This document shows, in pieces, positions 38,502 to 49,573 of a DNA stretch of 64,000 nt. The position numbers were made by a program, and so were the translations under genes. Each line of letters starts with the position of its first letter. The stretch's first letter is position 1. The notes under the pieces were generated by a model. The model had not been told where the DNA came from, searched no databases, and saw only the letters and a program-made list of their open reading frames with translations. This DNA is from Anolis carolinensis (lineage: Eukaryota), in assembly GCF_035594765.1 (NCBI RefSeq), contig NC_085841.1, positions 327,431,402-327,495,401 on the forward strand. The letters are read 5' to 3'.

Positions 38502-39180
38502 GCAGTGGTTCCCAAACTATTTGGCCTACCGCCCCCTTTCCAGAAAAAAATATTACTCAGCGCCCCCTGGAAAGGGGCGTGGCTTAGAGGATTGGGCGTG
38601 GCTCCTACTCAAGGGGGTGGGGCTGAGCTTCTCCCCTAGTCCAAGATGCAGGGCTGGGAGGGGGAGGTGGGTGGGGCCACAAATGGGAGGCCAGGACTAG
38701 GATGGGCGGAGTTACAAGCTCTGAGGCAGGGCTGAGCTTCTATCCCTGTCATGTGGCGCATGCCAGGACACAAGGGGCAGGGCTAGATGAGGAGGCGGGG
38801 CCTCTTCCCAAGTGCCTGATGGGGCTGAACCTCTATACCCCACCCCCATGTTCTACCAAGTGCCTCATGGAAGGTATAGAGGCTCAGCCCTGTCTCGCAC
38901 TCTTGGGAAGAGGTCCCGCCCCTAGCCCCACCCTTTAGTCCTAAAAGGCCTCTCAGGAGAGGTATAGAGGCTCAGCCCTGTCTTGGGCTCTTGGAAGGAG
39001 GCTCTGCCTCCTTCCCTAGCTCCGCCCTCTGTGTCCCGACAAGTGCCTCAGGAGAGGTATAGATTCTTAACCCTGTCTTGGGCTCTTGGGAAGAAGCCAC
39101 GCCCACTCCTCTAGCGCCACATGACAGAGATTGAAGCTCAGCCCTGCATCAGAGCTCGTAACTCCGCCCTTCCCAGTCAT
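38502..39180. mobile_element. Truncated hAT(Charlie)-like element with internal subrepeats
   Basis: Starts with hAT-type terminus CAGTGGTTCCCAAAC; about 88-bp subrepeats (GGTATAGAGGCTCAGCCCTGTCT, 3 copies); inverted pair 38700-38760 versus 39113-39172; no right TIR seen. Confidence 0.65.
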
Positions 39181-39850
39181 CTTTTTTCTCATAATATGTC
39201 CAACGTACAACAGTCTCCATTTAATTATCTTGACAGTCTACAGTGTCTGCAGAACTCTTCTCCAGCACCACACTTCAAATAAGTTGATTTTCTTCCTATA
39301 GGCTTTTGTTGTTTTGTTTTTGTTTTTTTGTTTTTGCTGTTCAGCTTTCACAACGATCCACAGAAATGGGGCATACAACGATATGATACAACTTTAGCAT
39401 TCAGTGATACATCTTCAGGATCTTGTCTAGTTCTTTCAGAACTGCCCTTCCAATCCCTAGTCCAGTGGTTCTCAACCTGTGGGTCCCCCAAATGTTTTGG
39501 CCTTCAACTCCCAGAAATCCTAACAGCTGGTAAAGTGGCTGGGATTTCTGGGAGTTGTAGGCCAAACACCTGGGGACCCGCAGGTTGTGAACCACTGGCC
39601 TATTCGTTTTCAGATTTCTTAACCGCAATCTTCACTCTGAATAATGATTGAACCAAGTATGGGAAATCTTGACCTTTGTCAATGTCTACTTTAAAGTTAT
39701 GTAAATCATTATGTAAAGTTACGTGGTCATTTGTTTTATTTTCTTAATGTTCAACTGTAAACCTGCTTCTGCACTTTCTACCTTAACTGTTCAGTAATCA
39801 TTCCATGTCTTGGTAGTGTGGTATCATCTGTATATTGTCGGTGTTCCTTC
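39180..39850 (-). mobile_element. Old RTE LINE fragment interrupted by a small hAT MITE (39462-39597)
   Basis: RTE-like text (TTTGAAGTGTGGTGCTGGAGAAGAGTT on the minus strand); MITE termini CAGTGGTTCTCAACC...GGTTGTGAACCACTG. Confidence 0.6.
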
Positions 39851-41483
39851 CTCCAGTGTTCATGTTCCTCCAAATCTAATTGCCCCCCAAAACCCACTAA
39901 ATGAATTCGAAGAAGTCACACTCTCTCAGCCTCAGAGGAAAGCAAGGGGCTACCGAAATCAAGTGCCTTATATAATTGTGTGCCTTCAAGTCATTAATGA
40001 TTCATGGTGAACCAGTAACAGGGTTTCCTTGGCAGAATTGGGTCTAAGGAGCATTTGCCCTTGCTTTCCTCCAAGGCTGAGAGAGTGTGACGTTCCCAGT
40101 CCAACACTCAAGCAACACCACCATTGTGGATGCCTTAACACTGTGGCTTCAGGTGGTTCTATGTGGCAATCAGTTACAGGTTGAGCATACTTTATCCAGA
40201 ATTTTGAATTCTGAAATAGTAGTCCAAAATGGTGGACTTCTGCTCCATGGTTCAGGGTACACAATTTGTTTCATTCAAACAATTATTTAAAAATAGTATG
40301 TATAAAATTACCTTAAGGCTATTTGTATACAGCACATGATTGAATTTCGTGTTTAGCCATGAGTCTCATCCATATATCTTAATCTGTATATGCGACTTCG
40401 GTAATTTTGATTGTGTAATTTTGGTTATGTTCTTAATTGGATTGCTTATTTATTATGTTTGTGTCTGTAAGCCATTTCGAGTCCTTTGTTGGGGCAGGGT
40501 ACAAATAAAGTTTTATTATTGTTTATTGGGCAAATACTGTATTAAAATCAAAACTATGGACTAATTCTTTCTCCAAGCATTACAAATAATGAATAGTAAT
40601 TAAAAAACGGGGGTAGTTATGGCCCTGCCATTATAAAGGAAGAAATGGTTTCAATGGGATGGATGTGAAGTGAGTTTTTAGGAGCTTTTTTCTTTCATTC
40701 TTCCACCTAGTTTATGTAGAAGCCAACGAGGGTTGCATCTGCACTGTAGCAGTAATGCAGTTTGGCACTACTTTAACTGCCATGGCTCAATCCTGTGGAA
40801 AGTTGTAGTTCAGGACCAGTACTCATAGACCTTGTAAAACTACAACTCCAGAATTCCTTAATATTGAGCCTTGATGGCTAAAGTGGTGTCAAACTGCTTA
40901 AATGCTCCAGTGGGAGACGTACCTTAGATTTTCAAACTGATTAAGGAGTTAATCCCTTAGCTACGCATCACCGCTTCCTACTAACTTGAGCAAATCAAGT
41001 GCTTCTCCCCACCCCCTTCTCGAATACTCTCAAACAACAAACTATCAGGTTCTTCATCCACCAATCAGGTTCTTCTGTCCCGCATCCATTGTTTGATTGA
41101 CAGCTTGGGCCAGCGACTGGGTGACAATTCCGAGCCTGTTTGGCCACGCCTCCTGCGTGAGATATCTGTTGTGCCAGAATGAACATAGAATTTTGAAATT
41201 ATAGAACACCAAATGCCGTTGAACTTCCGGATTGCCTTTTCATTTTGTCCCACAGGAATACCCTTGAAAAAGCCAACCTTTTTGCAATGACCGGGTCTAG
41301 ACTCATCTTAGAAACTACAGGCAGTTGCAAATATATAAAGGGAAAAGGGGATTTACAGGGAAACATCCTTTTTCACCATTAAAAAGAGTTTTCTAACATC
41401 AACACAATAAAAAAATACTCAAAAATTGAGATAGCCAACCAGGCAATGTTAATACTGAGAGGAGTTGAGCCCAATCTGCAATA

Positions 41484-41760
41484 CAGTAGACTCTCAGTTT
41501 ACCAGCACTCATGTGGCTAGGTAGATGCCAAACAGGCGTAGTTTCTGGTTGCTTGAGAGCTACTATTAAAAATAGGCCCAATGCAGTATACTTCATACCA
41601 TAAATTTTGTATTGATATTAATACTGTACTTGAAAGCAAAATTAATACAGTACTTGAAAGCAAAAAAGACAAATGATTTAAACTTTCATTTCTACTAAAA
41701 TTGATTTTATTTTCATTTTAAAGTATTATTTCTTTTCTTTGGTTAACTGAGAGTCTACTG
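41484..41760. mobile_element. Tc1/mariner MITE, second family
   Basis: TIR CAGTAGACTCTCAGTT...AACTGAGAGTCTACTG, TA on the left flank. Confidence 0.8.
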
Positions 41761-41841
41761 CAGTTGTATTTCCAGCCAAAGGTTCCCCCTATAAAACAGT
41801 GGGATGAACTGCATCAAACACAAGCCCAAACTGAATCCCCA

Positions 41842-42335
41842 TTGGGTTGCTGTGAGTTTTCCAGAATGTATGCCCATATTCCAGAAGCACTCTCTCCTGA
41901 CATTTTGGCTGCATCTATGGCAGGCATTCTCAGAGGTTGTGAGGTCTGTAGAAAACTAGGCAAGAGGAGTTTATACTGTCTATCTATGGAAAGTCCCGGG
42001 TGGGGGAAAGAACTCTTGTCTGTTTGAGGCAAGTGTTAATGTAGCAATTGGCCACCTTGATTAGCATTTAATGGCCTTGTAGCTTAAAGGACTGGCTGCT
42101 TACTGCCTGTGGGGAATCCTTTGTTAGGAGGTGATAGTTGGCCCTGATTATATTTTGTCTGGAATTCCTCTGTTTTCTGAGTGATCTTCTTTATTTGCTG
42201 TCCTGATTTTAAAGTTTTCTTAATACAGATAGCCAGATTTTGTTCATTTTCATGGTTTCCTTCTTTCTGTTGAAATAGTCCACATGCTTGTGGATTTCAA
42301 TGGCTTCCTTATGTAGACTGACACAGAGTCATAGA
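41842..42335 (-). mobile_element. Penelope-like element 3' end
   Basis: Minus translation HKEAIEIHKHVDYFNRKKETMKMNKIWLSVL* (GIY-YIG C-terminus), degenerate hammerhead at about 41893-41935, terminus GGAAAACTCACAGCAACCCA. Confidence 0.8.
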
Positions 42336-42361
42336 AGACTGTGTAGTCTGACAAAGAATCT

Positions 42362-42900
42362 TCATAGAGTTGGAAGAGACCTCATGGGCCATCTAGCCCA
42401 ACCCCCTGCCAAGAAGCAGGAAAATCGCATTCAAAACACCCCCGACAGATGGCCATCCAGCCTCTGCTTAAAAGCCTCCAAAAAAGGAGCCTCCACCACA
42501 CTCTGCAGCAGAAATTTCCACTGCTGAACAGCTCTCACGGTGAGGAAGTTCTTCCTAATGTTCAGGTGGAATCTCCTTTCCTGTGGTTTGAAGCCATTGT
42601 TCCGCATCCTAGTCTCCAGGGCAGTAGCAAACAAGCTTGCTTCCTTCTTCCTATGAAGAAGGCCCTCTCAGACTTCTCTCTGCAGGTTAAACATGCCCAG
42701 CTCTTTAAGCCGCTCCTCATAGGGCTTGTTCTCCAGATGCTTGATCATTTTAGTCGCCCTCCTTTGGACACATTCCAGCTTGTCAACATCTCCCTTCAAC
42801 TGTGGTGCCCAGAATTAGACAGTGTGATTCTAGGTGTGGTCTGACCAAGAGAGAACAGAGAGGTGACATGACTGCTAGACACTATTTATGCAGGCCAGAG
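42362..42900 (-). mobile_element. CR1 3' fragment
   Basis: Reverse complement of the CR1 at 1050-1600. Confidence 0.9.
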
Positions 42901-43303
42901 CATGGTGGTTGTTAGAGTGGTCCAGCATTTCTGTGTTCTCACATAATATGCTGTTTCCATCAAATGCTCACAACTAAATTAACTCTACAGTGTAGCTGCA
43001 TTCTTGGTCCAACATGCAACCCACACAGGAGGTGCATCTACAGTATAGTATATTGAATTATGCAGTTTAGACACCACTTTAACTGTCAGGACTCAATACT
43101 ATGGGATCCTGGGAGTTGTTGCTTGTGGAGGCTCCAGGAGAGAAGGATATAGACCTTTTAAAATTACAACTCCCAGGAGAATGTTATGGTGAACTCTTAT
43201 ATTTATTTATTTTTAATGAGTAGAAAGCTTAGACTGAAAATAGTGGATAACATGTAGAAATAGCAAGACTATATGTTTTAAGGTAAGTTACTGATAAGTT
43301 ACT

Positions 43304-43625
43304 GGAGCCCCGGTGGCGAAATGTGTTAAATAGTTGAGCTGCTGAACTTGCAAACCGAAAGGTCCCAGGTTCAAACCCCGGGAGTGGTGTGAGCGGCCGC
43401 TGTTAGCTCCAGCTCCTGCCAACCTAGCAGTTCGAAAACATGCCAATGTGAGTAGATCAATAGGTACCGCTCCGGTGGGAAGGTAACGGCGCTCCATGCA
43501 GTCATGACCTTGGAGGTGTCTACAGACAACGCCGGCTCTTCGGCTTAGAAATGGAGATGAGCACCAACCCCCAGAGTCAGACATGACTGGACTTAACGTC
43601 AGGAGAAACCTTTACCTTTACCTAC
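43304..43625 (+). mobile_element. Sauria SINE
   Basis: Full head, core and (ACCTTT)n tail. Confidence 0.92.
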
Positions 43626-43899
43626 CGATAATAATATACACTCCATATCAGAATCAACTGGTTGATTGACTAACGTAGATGTGCATGTATACATCAAAAT
43701 TATTGTTACCTGACTATATCTGCTATAATTTGTTGTTCTATGTACTATCACTATAATAAACTGTTTACCCCCCCTCCCAAAAAAAAGCCAACTATTACGA
43801 CTCTCGTGGTTTCATAATATTGAGCCATGGCAGTTAAAGTGGTGAAAAACTGTATAGTATTGAGCCTGAGGCCCCTCCTGTGTGGGTTCTCCACCCAGA

Positions 43900-44180
43900 C
43901 TTTCCCTCGGGAAAAGGGGAGGGAGGTGTCGCACGGGCGCCGGAAGTGGACAGCGTAGAGGCGAGTCTACAAATGAATGAAGCTAAGTAGCCGCAGCTCT
44001 TTGCAGGTCTAAGTAGTCGCAGCCCTTTGGCGTGCAACCGGCCGACTGCGCGAAACCTACAGGTAACTAACAACTGCAGACGCCTTTCTGACGGGACGGA
44101 ATCCCTGCTGGGAGGGGAGGGGAGGGGAGGGGAAGGGGGGGGGAGAACGGCAACGCGCATGCGCACGGAGTGGCTGGGAA
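43900..44180 (+). promoter_or_regulatory. CpG promoter and probable non-coding first exon (donor after 44062), probably MIPOL1 by synteny
   Basis: CpG-rich; ETS motif CCGGAAGTG at about 43940; NRF1 palindrome GCGCATGCGC at about 44155-44164; donor CAG|GTAACT. Head-to-head with SLC25A21, as MIPOL1 is in other vertebrates. No MIPOL1 coding exon recognised. Confidence 0.6.
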
Positions 44181-44753
44181 GTTCCTTCTTTAAGCATTCA
44201 ATACCTGGGGCAATCTATCTCTGTGATTTGCTCTTCTCTGTAGAATGAATGCAGTTTGATACCAGGTAAGGGGACATGGCTCAATGCTGTGGAATCATGG
44301 CAGATGTAGAGCCCCCTCTGGTGCTCTTGACCAAACTACAACTCCCAGGGCTCCTTAGCACTGACCCAGAGCAGTTAAAAGTAGTGCCAAACTGCATTAA
44401 TTCCACAGTGTAAACTGCACCCTGAATGTTTGGGGAGTGTGGAGGGGCATGGGGATAATAGAGTGCTCCCTCTTGCATTGCTTTCAATGTACTAGTGCAG
44501 GCATGTGCCAACTTGGGCCCTCCAGGTGTTTTGGACTTCAACTCCCACCATTCCTCACAGCCTCAAGCCCTTTCCTTTTACCTCTCAGCCGCTTAAGCCA
44601 TTGCAAAACATTTCCAGGTGGTAGGCATTAACTCTCATCAGGTTTAGAGAAGAGGATCAAAGACAAGGCCTCTTGAAAACAGGAAAGGCTATAATCCTAT
44701 GCACACAAACATGGAAGTAAACTATTAAATTTAGTGGGGCAAATTTCCAAGTA

Positions 44754-45921
44754 CAGTAGAGTCTCACTTATCCAAGCTAAACAGGCTGGCAGAACCTTGG
44801 ATAAGTGAATATCTTGGATAATAAGGAGGGATTAAGGAAAAGCCTATTAAACATCAAATTAGGCTATGATTTTACAAATTAAGCACCAAAACATCATGTT
44901 ATACAACAAATTTGACAGAAAAGGTACAGTAGTTCAATATGCAGTAATGTTATGTTGTAATTACTGTATTTACTTCACTTCACTTTATTTCTTAGTCACT
45001 CTCTCCCAGCGTCTTACAATTTAAAATATCATTCCACAATATAAAAACATTCAACATAAAAAACATTCAACAGTGACTATTTGGCAAATTTGATCTGATT
45101 TACTTAAATGCACAACCAAACAGCCAAGTCTTGAGCGCTTTTCCAAAAGGTCCCAACTCCGACATTGCTCTAACATATGGAGGCAATGAGTTCCACAGAA
45201 TTGGAGCATAGGTCGAAAAGGCTCTATGCCTTGTAGCTTCCAGGTCTACCTCCCTTGGGCCCGGTACATATAGGAGATTTTCCTGGGAGGATCGAGGTGA
45301 CCACTGATGAAAAAAAGGAATGAGGCGGTCCCTAAGATATAATGGTCCTTGGCCATTTCGAGCTTTAAATGTCAGGATCAGTATCGTGTAAGAGATTCGA
45401 TGTTCTGTTGGTAGCCAATGCAGTTGTTTCAGAATTGGTGTAATATGGGATGATCCCGCTAGCAGCCTGGCCACCGCATTTTGGACCATTCAGATCTTCT
45501 GGGTTTTTGTCTTCGGAAGGCCGGCATATAAGGCGTTACAATAATCCAACCTAGTGGTGACTGTTGCATGGATTACCGTTGCCAATGCTTCTGTCGAAAG
45601 GTAGGATGCCAATTTCCTTGCCTGGCAAAGATGAAAAAAGGCCTGCTTACTTATGGCAGTGATCTTTGTCAGCGATGAGTCCAACACAACCCCAAGGCTT
45701 TTAACAGTAGCAGACGGAACTAGAACTTCCCCATCAAAATCAGGCAGTGACTGGGTTAACTCTGGTGGCTGGCCGGGCCAGAGTATCTCAGTTTTTGCAG
45801 GATTCACTTTTACGAATTTAGGACCAAAATATCATGATATATTGAAATCATTGACTGCAAAAATGCATTGGATAATCCATAACCTTGGATAAGCAAGTCT
45901 TGGATAAGTGAGACTCTACTG
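44754..45921 (+). mobile_element. Tc1/mariner-pogo MITE split by an L2 insertion
   Basis: Left half 44754-44973 and right half 45809-45921 rejoin to the 323-bp family of 23803/25285; TA TSD. Confidence 0.9.
44974..45808 (-). mobile_element. L2 LINE 3' fragment nested in the MITE
   Basis: ORFs 45490-45807 (NPAKTEIL, KSLGVVLDSSL, TRLDYCNALYAGLP) and 45100-45489; tail AATAAA-GTGAAGTGAA. Confidence 0.92.
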
Positions 45922-46088
45922 TATATGTGACATAGTGGCCAGTTACTATAAGTTTGTATTGATGTGTTTGTTTACTGTTTGATTTGTTTTGTTTTGTTTC
46001 TATTGTTTATCAAGGCAAAATGTTTGCCATCCTTTGCTGGAAACCATCCTGAGTTCCTCCAGAGAGATAGGGTGGGTTATAAATAAAG

Positions 46089-46090
<2 letters not shown>

Positions 46091-46138
<48 letters not shown>
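46091..46138. repeat. (TTA)n microsatellite
   Basis: Direct inspection. Confidence 0.97.
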
Positions 46139-46139
<1 letters not shown>

Positions 46140-47774
46140 AATGCAAGACAAATGGAAAGGGATGGAAGGCAAAAGATCTTCCAGAATCCATTAATTTTTT
46201 AACATATAGGACAATGTAAGCAGATGACAAACATGCTACTAAGTTGTCACAAACTAATTGGTTCTGACTTCTAGTCCTTTTCAATTGTATTTATTTATTT
46301 ATTTGTGACCATCTCTCCTCAAGGCAGGGTACAGTACAGTTAGAGTACATTACCATATAGGGCTGAGGGATAAAAGATTGGAAAATTCAAATCTAAGGCC
46401 CCTTCCACACAGCTGAATAAAATCCCACATTTTCTGCTTTGAACTGAAATATATGGCAATGTGGACTCAAGTACCCAGTTCAAAGCAGATATTGTGTATT
46501 ATTTGCCTTGATATTCTGTGTTATATGTCTGCGTGGAAGGACCCTTAAAATATTATTTGTGAATACGTCACTAAAGTGTGATATTTGAGTTTGCTCTTTT
46601 CCATGCCCCTCTCTGAATTACTCTGTAAACAAGCAAAGTTTTGTAGTGGGTGTATGTGAATCTATGAATATGAGGGAGAAAGGTTAGGCTGCTCTTCTCT
46701 CTTAGTGCCCCTAAAAATAAGTGTTAGGGTTACACTGGGTTTTTTAAACTTTATATACAAAGACCCAACCTATTGATCCTTGTCACTGCTGGTTTTGGGT
46801 TATGGTGATAACGTTCAGTTGTGCTGGACCTTTCCAGATGTCCCAGGATTAGCGTTCTGAGGGCCCATCTACACTGACCATTTAATACAGTTTCAAAATA
46901 GCATTGAAGAATGCTGTTTTGCTGTGCAAATGATACAGTGGGACCGGTTTGAGAGTCAGATGGTGATTACCCGAACCACAGAGCATATAAGATGGTTATA
47001 TGGATTTGAGCGGCAGGTATAGAATAAACTGTCTTGAATGAAGTAAATTTGCATATAGATAAAGATTGCTTGAGAAAGTCAGTGTGGAAGATATTATTGC
47101 ATTGGTATCAAACTATTGGCCCTCCAGGTGTTTTGGACTTCAACTCCCAGAATTCCTGGCAGCAGAAGGAAAGGCAAAGAGGAAGTTCTGAAGGGGGTAA
47201 GAGAGAGTGAGAGCGGCTGCATTATATAGAGAGACTTGTTTATTAATAGTGTGTTAAAAGTGTTTATGCACAAAGAAATAATGAGGGAAAGGAGTTTTAT
47301 TTAATGGATTACATATGCTGCTTAGGGTGCATGTACACTGTAGAACAGTGGTTCTTAACCTGTGGATCCCCAGGTGTTTTGGCCTACAACTCACAGAAAT
47401 CCCAGCCAGTTTACTATTGTAGCTGTTGGGATTTCTGGGAGTTGAAGGCCAAAACATCGGTTGAGAAACAATGCTGTAGAAGGTCAGGTAAGCCCTGCAT
47501 AAATCATTTTCAACCTGCTAAAAACTGAAAACTTCTCACAAAGTGCATTTAAACGTGATTTCTAGCATCCTCCACTGGTCAAAATATATGTCTATGCTTT
47601 TTTGACATGCTGGGAATAGTCGGTGAAGCAGCTCATCTGCTCTGCCTTTTCTATCTATTTTTCTGTTCATACATGGTCCATAAGGGACTCTGTAGGCCGC
47701 TACTGCTTACCTTGCCAGTTGTAGAGAAACACACAAGACTACGATAGATTGACTGGAACAAAATGTTTCTCCAA

Positions 47775-48320
47775 AATGGTCAAAGTTCAGGAAGCCAAGC
47801 CCTATGAGGAGCGGCTCAAGTAGCTGGGTATATTTAGCATGGAGAAAAGTTTGGGAAGGGAGATGATAGCTATGTTTAAATATTTGAAAACATGTTATAT
47901 TGGGGAGGGGACACACATGTTTTTGGCTGGTCTAGAGACTAAGGGCCCTTCCACACAGCCATATAACCCAGAATATCAAGTCAGAAAATCCACAGTATCA
48001 GCTTTGACCTGGGTTATCTGAATCGACTGTCATGTATTCCAGTTCTAAACAGATGATGTGGGATTTTATTCAGCTGTGTAGAAGGGGCCTAGAAGACAGA
48101 ACAATAGATACAAACTGCTGGGGAAAAGATTCTTCCTAAACGTTTAGGAAGAACTTCCCTGCAGTAAGAGCTGTTCAACAGTCCTGCCTCAAAGCATGGT
48201 AGAGTCTCCTCTTGAGGCTGAATGGCCATCTGTGGGGAGTGCTTGGATTGTGTCCTCCTGCTCTGCAGAAGGGGTTGGACAGGATAGCCATTGTAGACTC
48301 TTCCAACTCTTATGTTTCTA
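47775..48320 (+). mobile_element. CR1 3' fragment with a nested Harbinger MITE (47943-48089)
   Basis: CR1 text continues on both sides of the MITE. Confidence 0.8.
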
Positions 48321-49412
48321 TTATTGCTCCTTGTGTACTTCTGCAACCCAGCACTGAAAGTCTGTGTTTCTGTAGCCCTTTGACATTCTCCCAGTGCTGA
48401 TTCTGCTAAAAATGTTCAGCTAGACATAAATGGGAATAAATGGGAAAGGGGGGGAGGTAGATGTTTGTAAAAATTGTTTTATAGAAAGGACCTTCACTGT
48501 CAGAACTTTTGTTAATTGTGGTTTGCTTTTATATGCATATACAAGGTTTGCTTTTATATGATAGCTTATCTTGATCAGAAGAACCTGCAAAGGACGATCT
48601 GGTCTTACAGTAGTGAGTGATTCTGCTACCCAGAGTGCAATTTACTCATTCTGCTCTTGACATCTTCTTATATGAGAGGGAAAAAGTTTGTTGGGGTTAA
48701 ATTTACAAACAGGCATACTGGTGAATGTGCTGGAAATCAAGCAGTTTTTATATATTTCCACTATTCATGTTTGAAGTATCACCTCTTATGCAAAAATCAA
48801 AACAGTGTTATCGACACACAAAGGAAGTATTAGCAGGATTGAGAGAAACAACATGTTTTACAGAATGACATCTAATTTAAAGAAAAATCTGGAGGGAAAA
48901 CACCTAAATAGCTCAGCTAAGTGCTAAGGAGGACCCATCATGCTCACTACTGATAGTAGGAAATAAAGTCAGAGATGGAGTGCAAAAGAAAGAGAGTTGT
49001 TGGAATTTTGAACAAATAGTATAGAGACAAATTGCTGTGAAGCCTCTTTGCATAATAGTTTGTAAAGCAATGTCCCTAAAGATACTCTGAACAGGTAGCA
49101 GTGTTGATTTGAATATGTTTTTATAGGGTGGAAATTGTAGACATTTTCATCCCCACTATCAGCAAGTTATTTGTAATGCTAATGGATCTTGTCCACTTGT
49201 AACAAAGGCACTCCTGAATATATTGGGTTACAGCAGGGGCAGTCTGTACTTATTGAGACAATCCATTTCCTTTCTAGTTGCTGTGGATGTTGTGGTTACA
49301 ATAAGTAGGAATGGAGAGGACAAGTGAAAAAGTAGGTCATTATACCTGCTGCTCAATAGCACTAAGGCCCCAACTCTATTAATGTTGACTAATGTGAGCA
49401 ACCAAAATATTG

Positions 49413-49573
49413 TTACACAAGCCACTTGCTGTATACTGCAGAGCCCGGATACCGTATGATTGCCAAATCCCTACCGACATTATACAGGTCTAGGTCCTGT
49501 TGGTATCTGAATTGAAAGCACCTTGGTTGGACATTTATTGTCCCAGTCTTGAACTCTTTGCAGTAACGATGAT
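49413..49573 (-). pseudogene. Terminal exon remnant (D)HRYCKEFKTGTINVQPRCFQFRYQQDLDLYNVGRDLAIIRYPGSAVYSKWLV*
   Basis: Acceptor tatctttacag|AT, phase 1, open to TAA. Confidence 0.65.

Noticed and set aside
47700-47780. Strong minus-strand donor AAG|GTAAGC
   Set aside because: The upstream part runs into a CR1 fragment and no acceptor or partner exon could be supported
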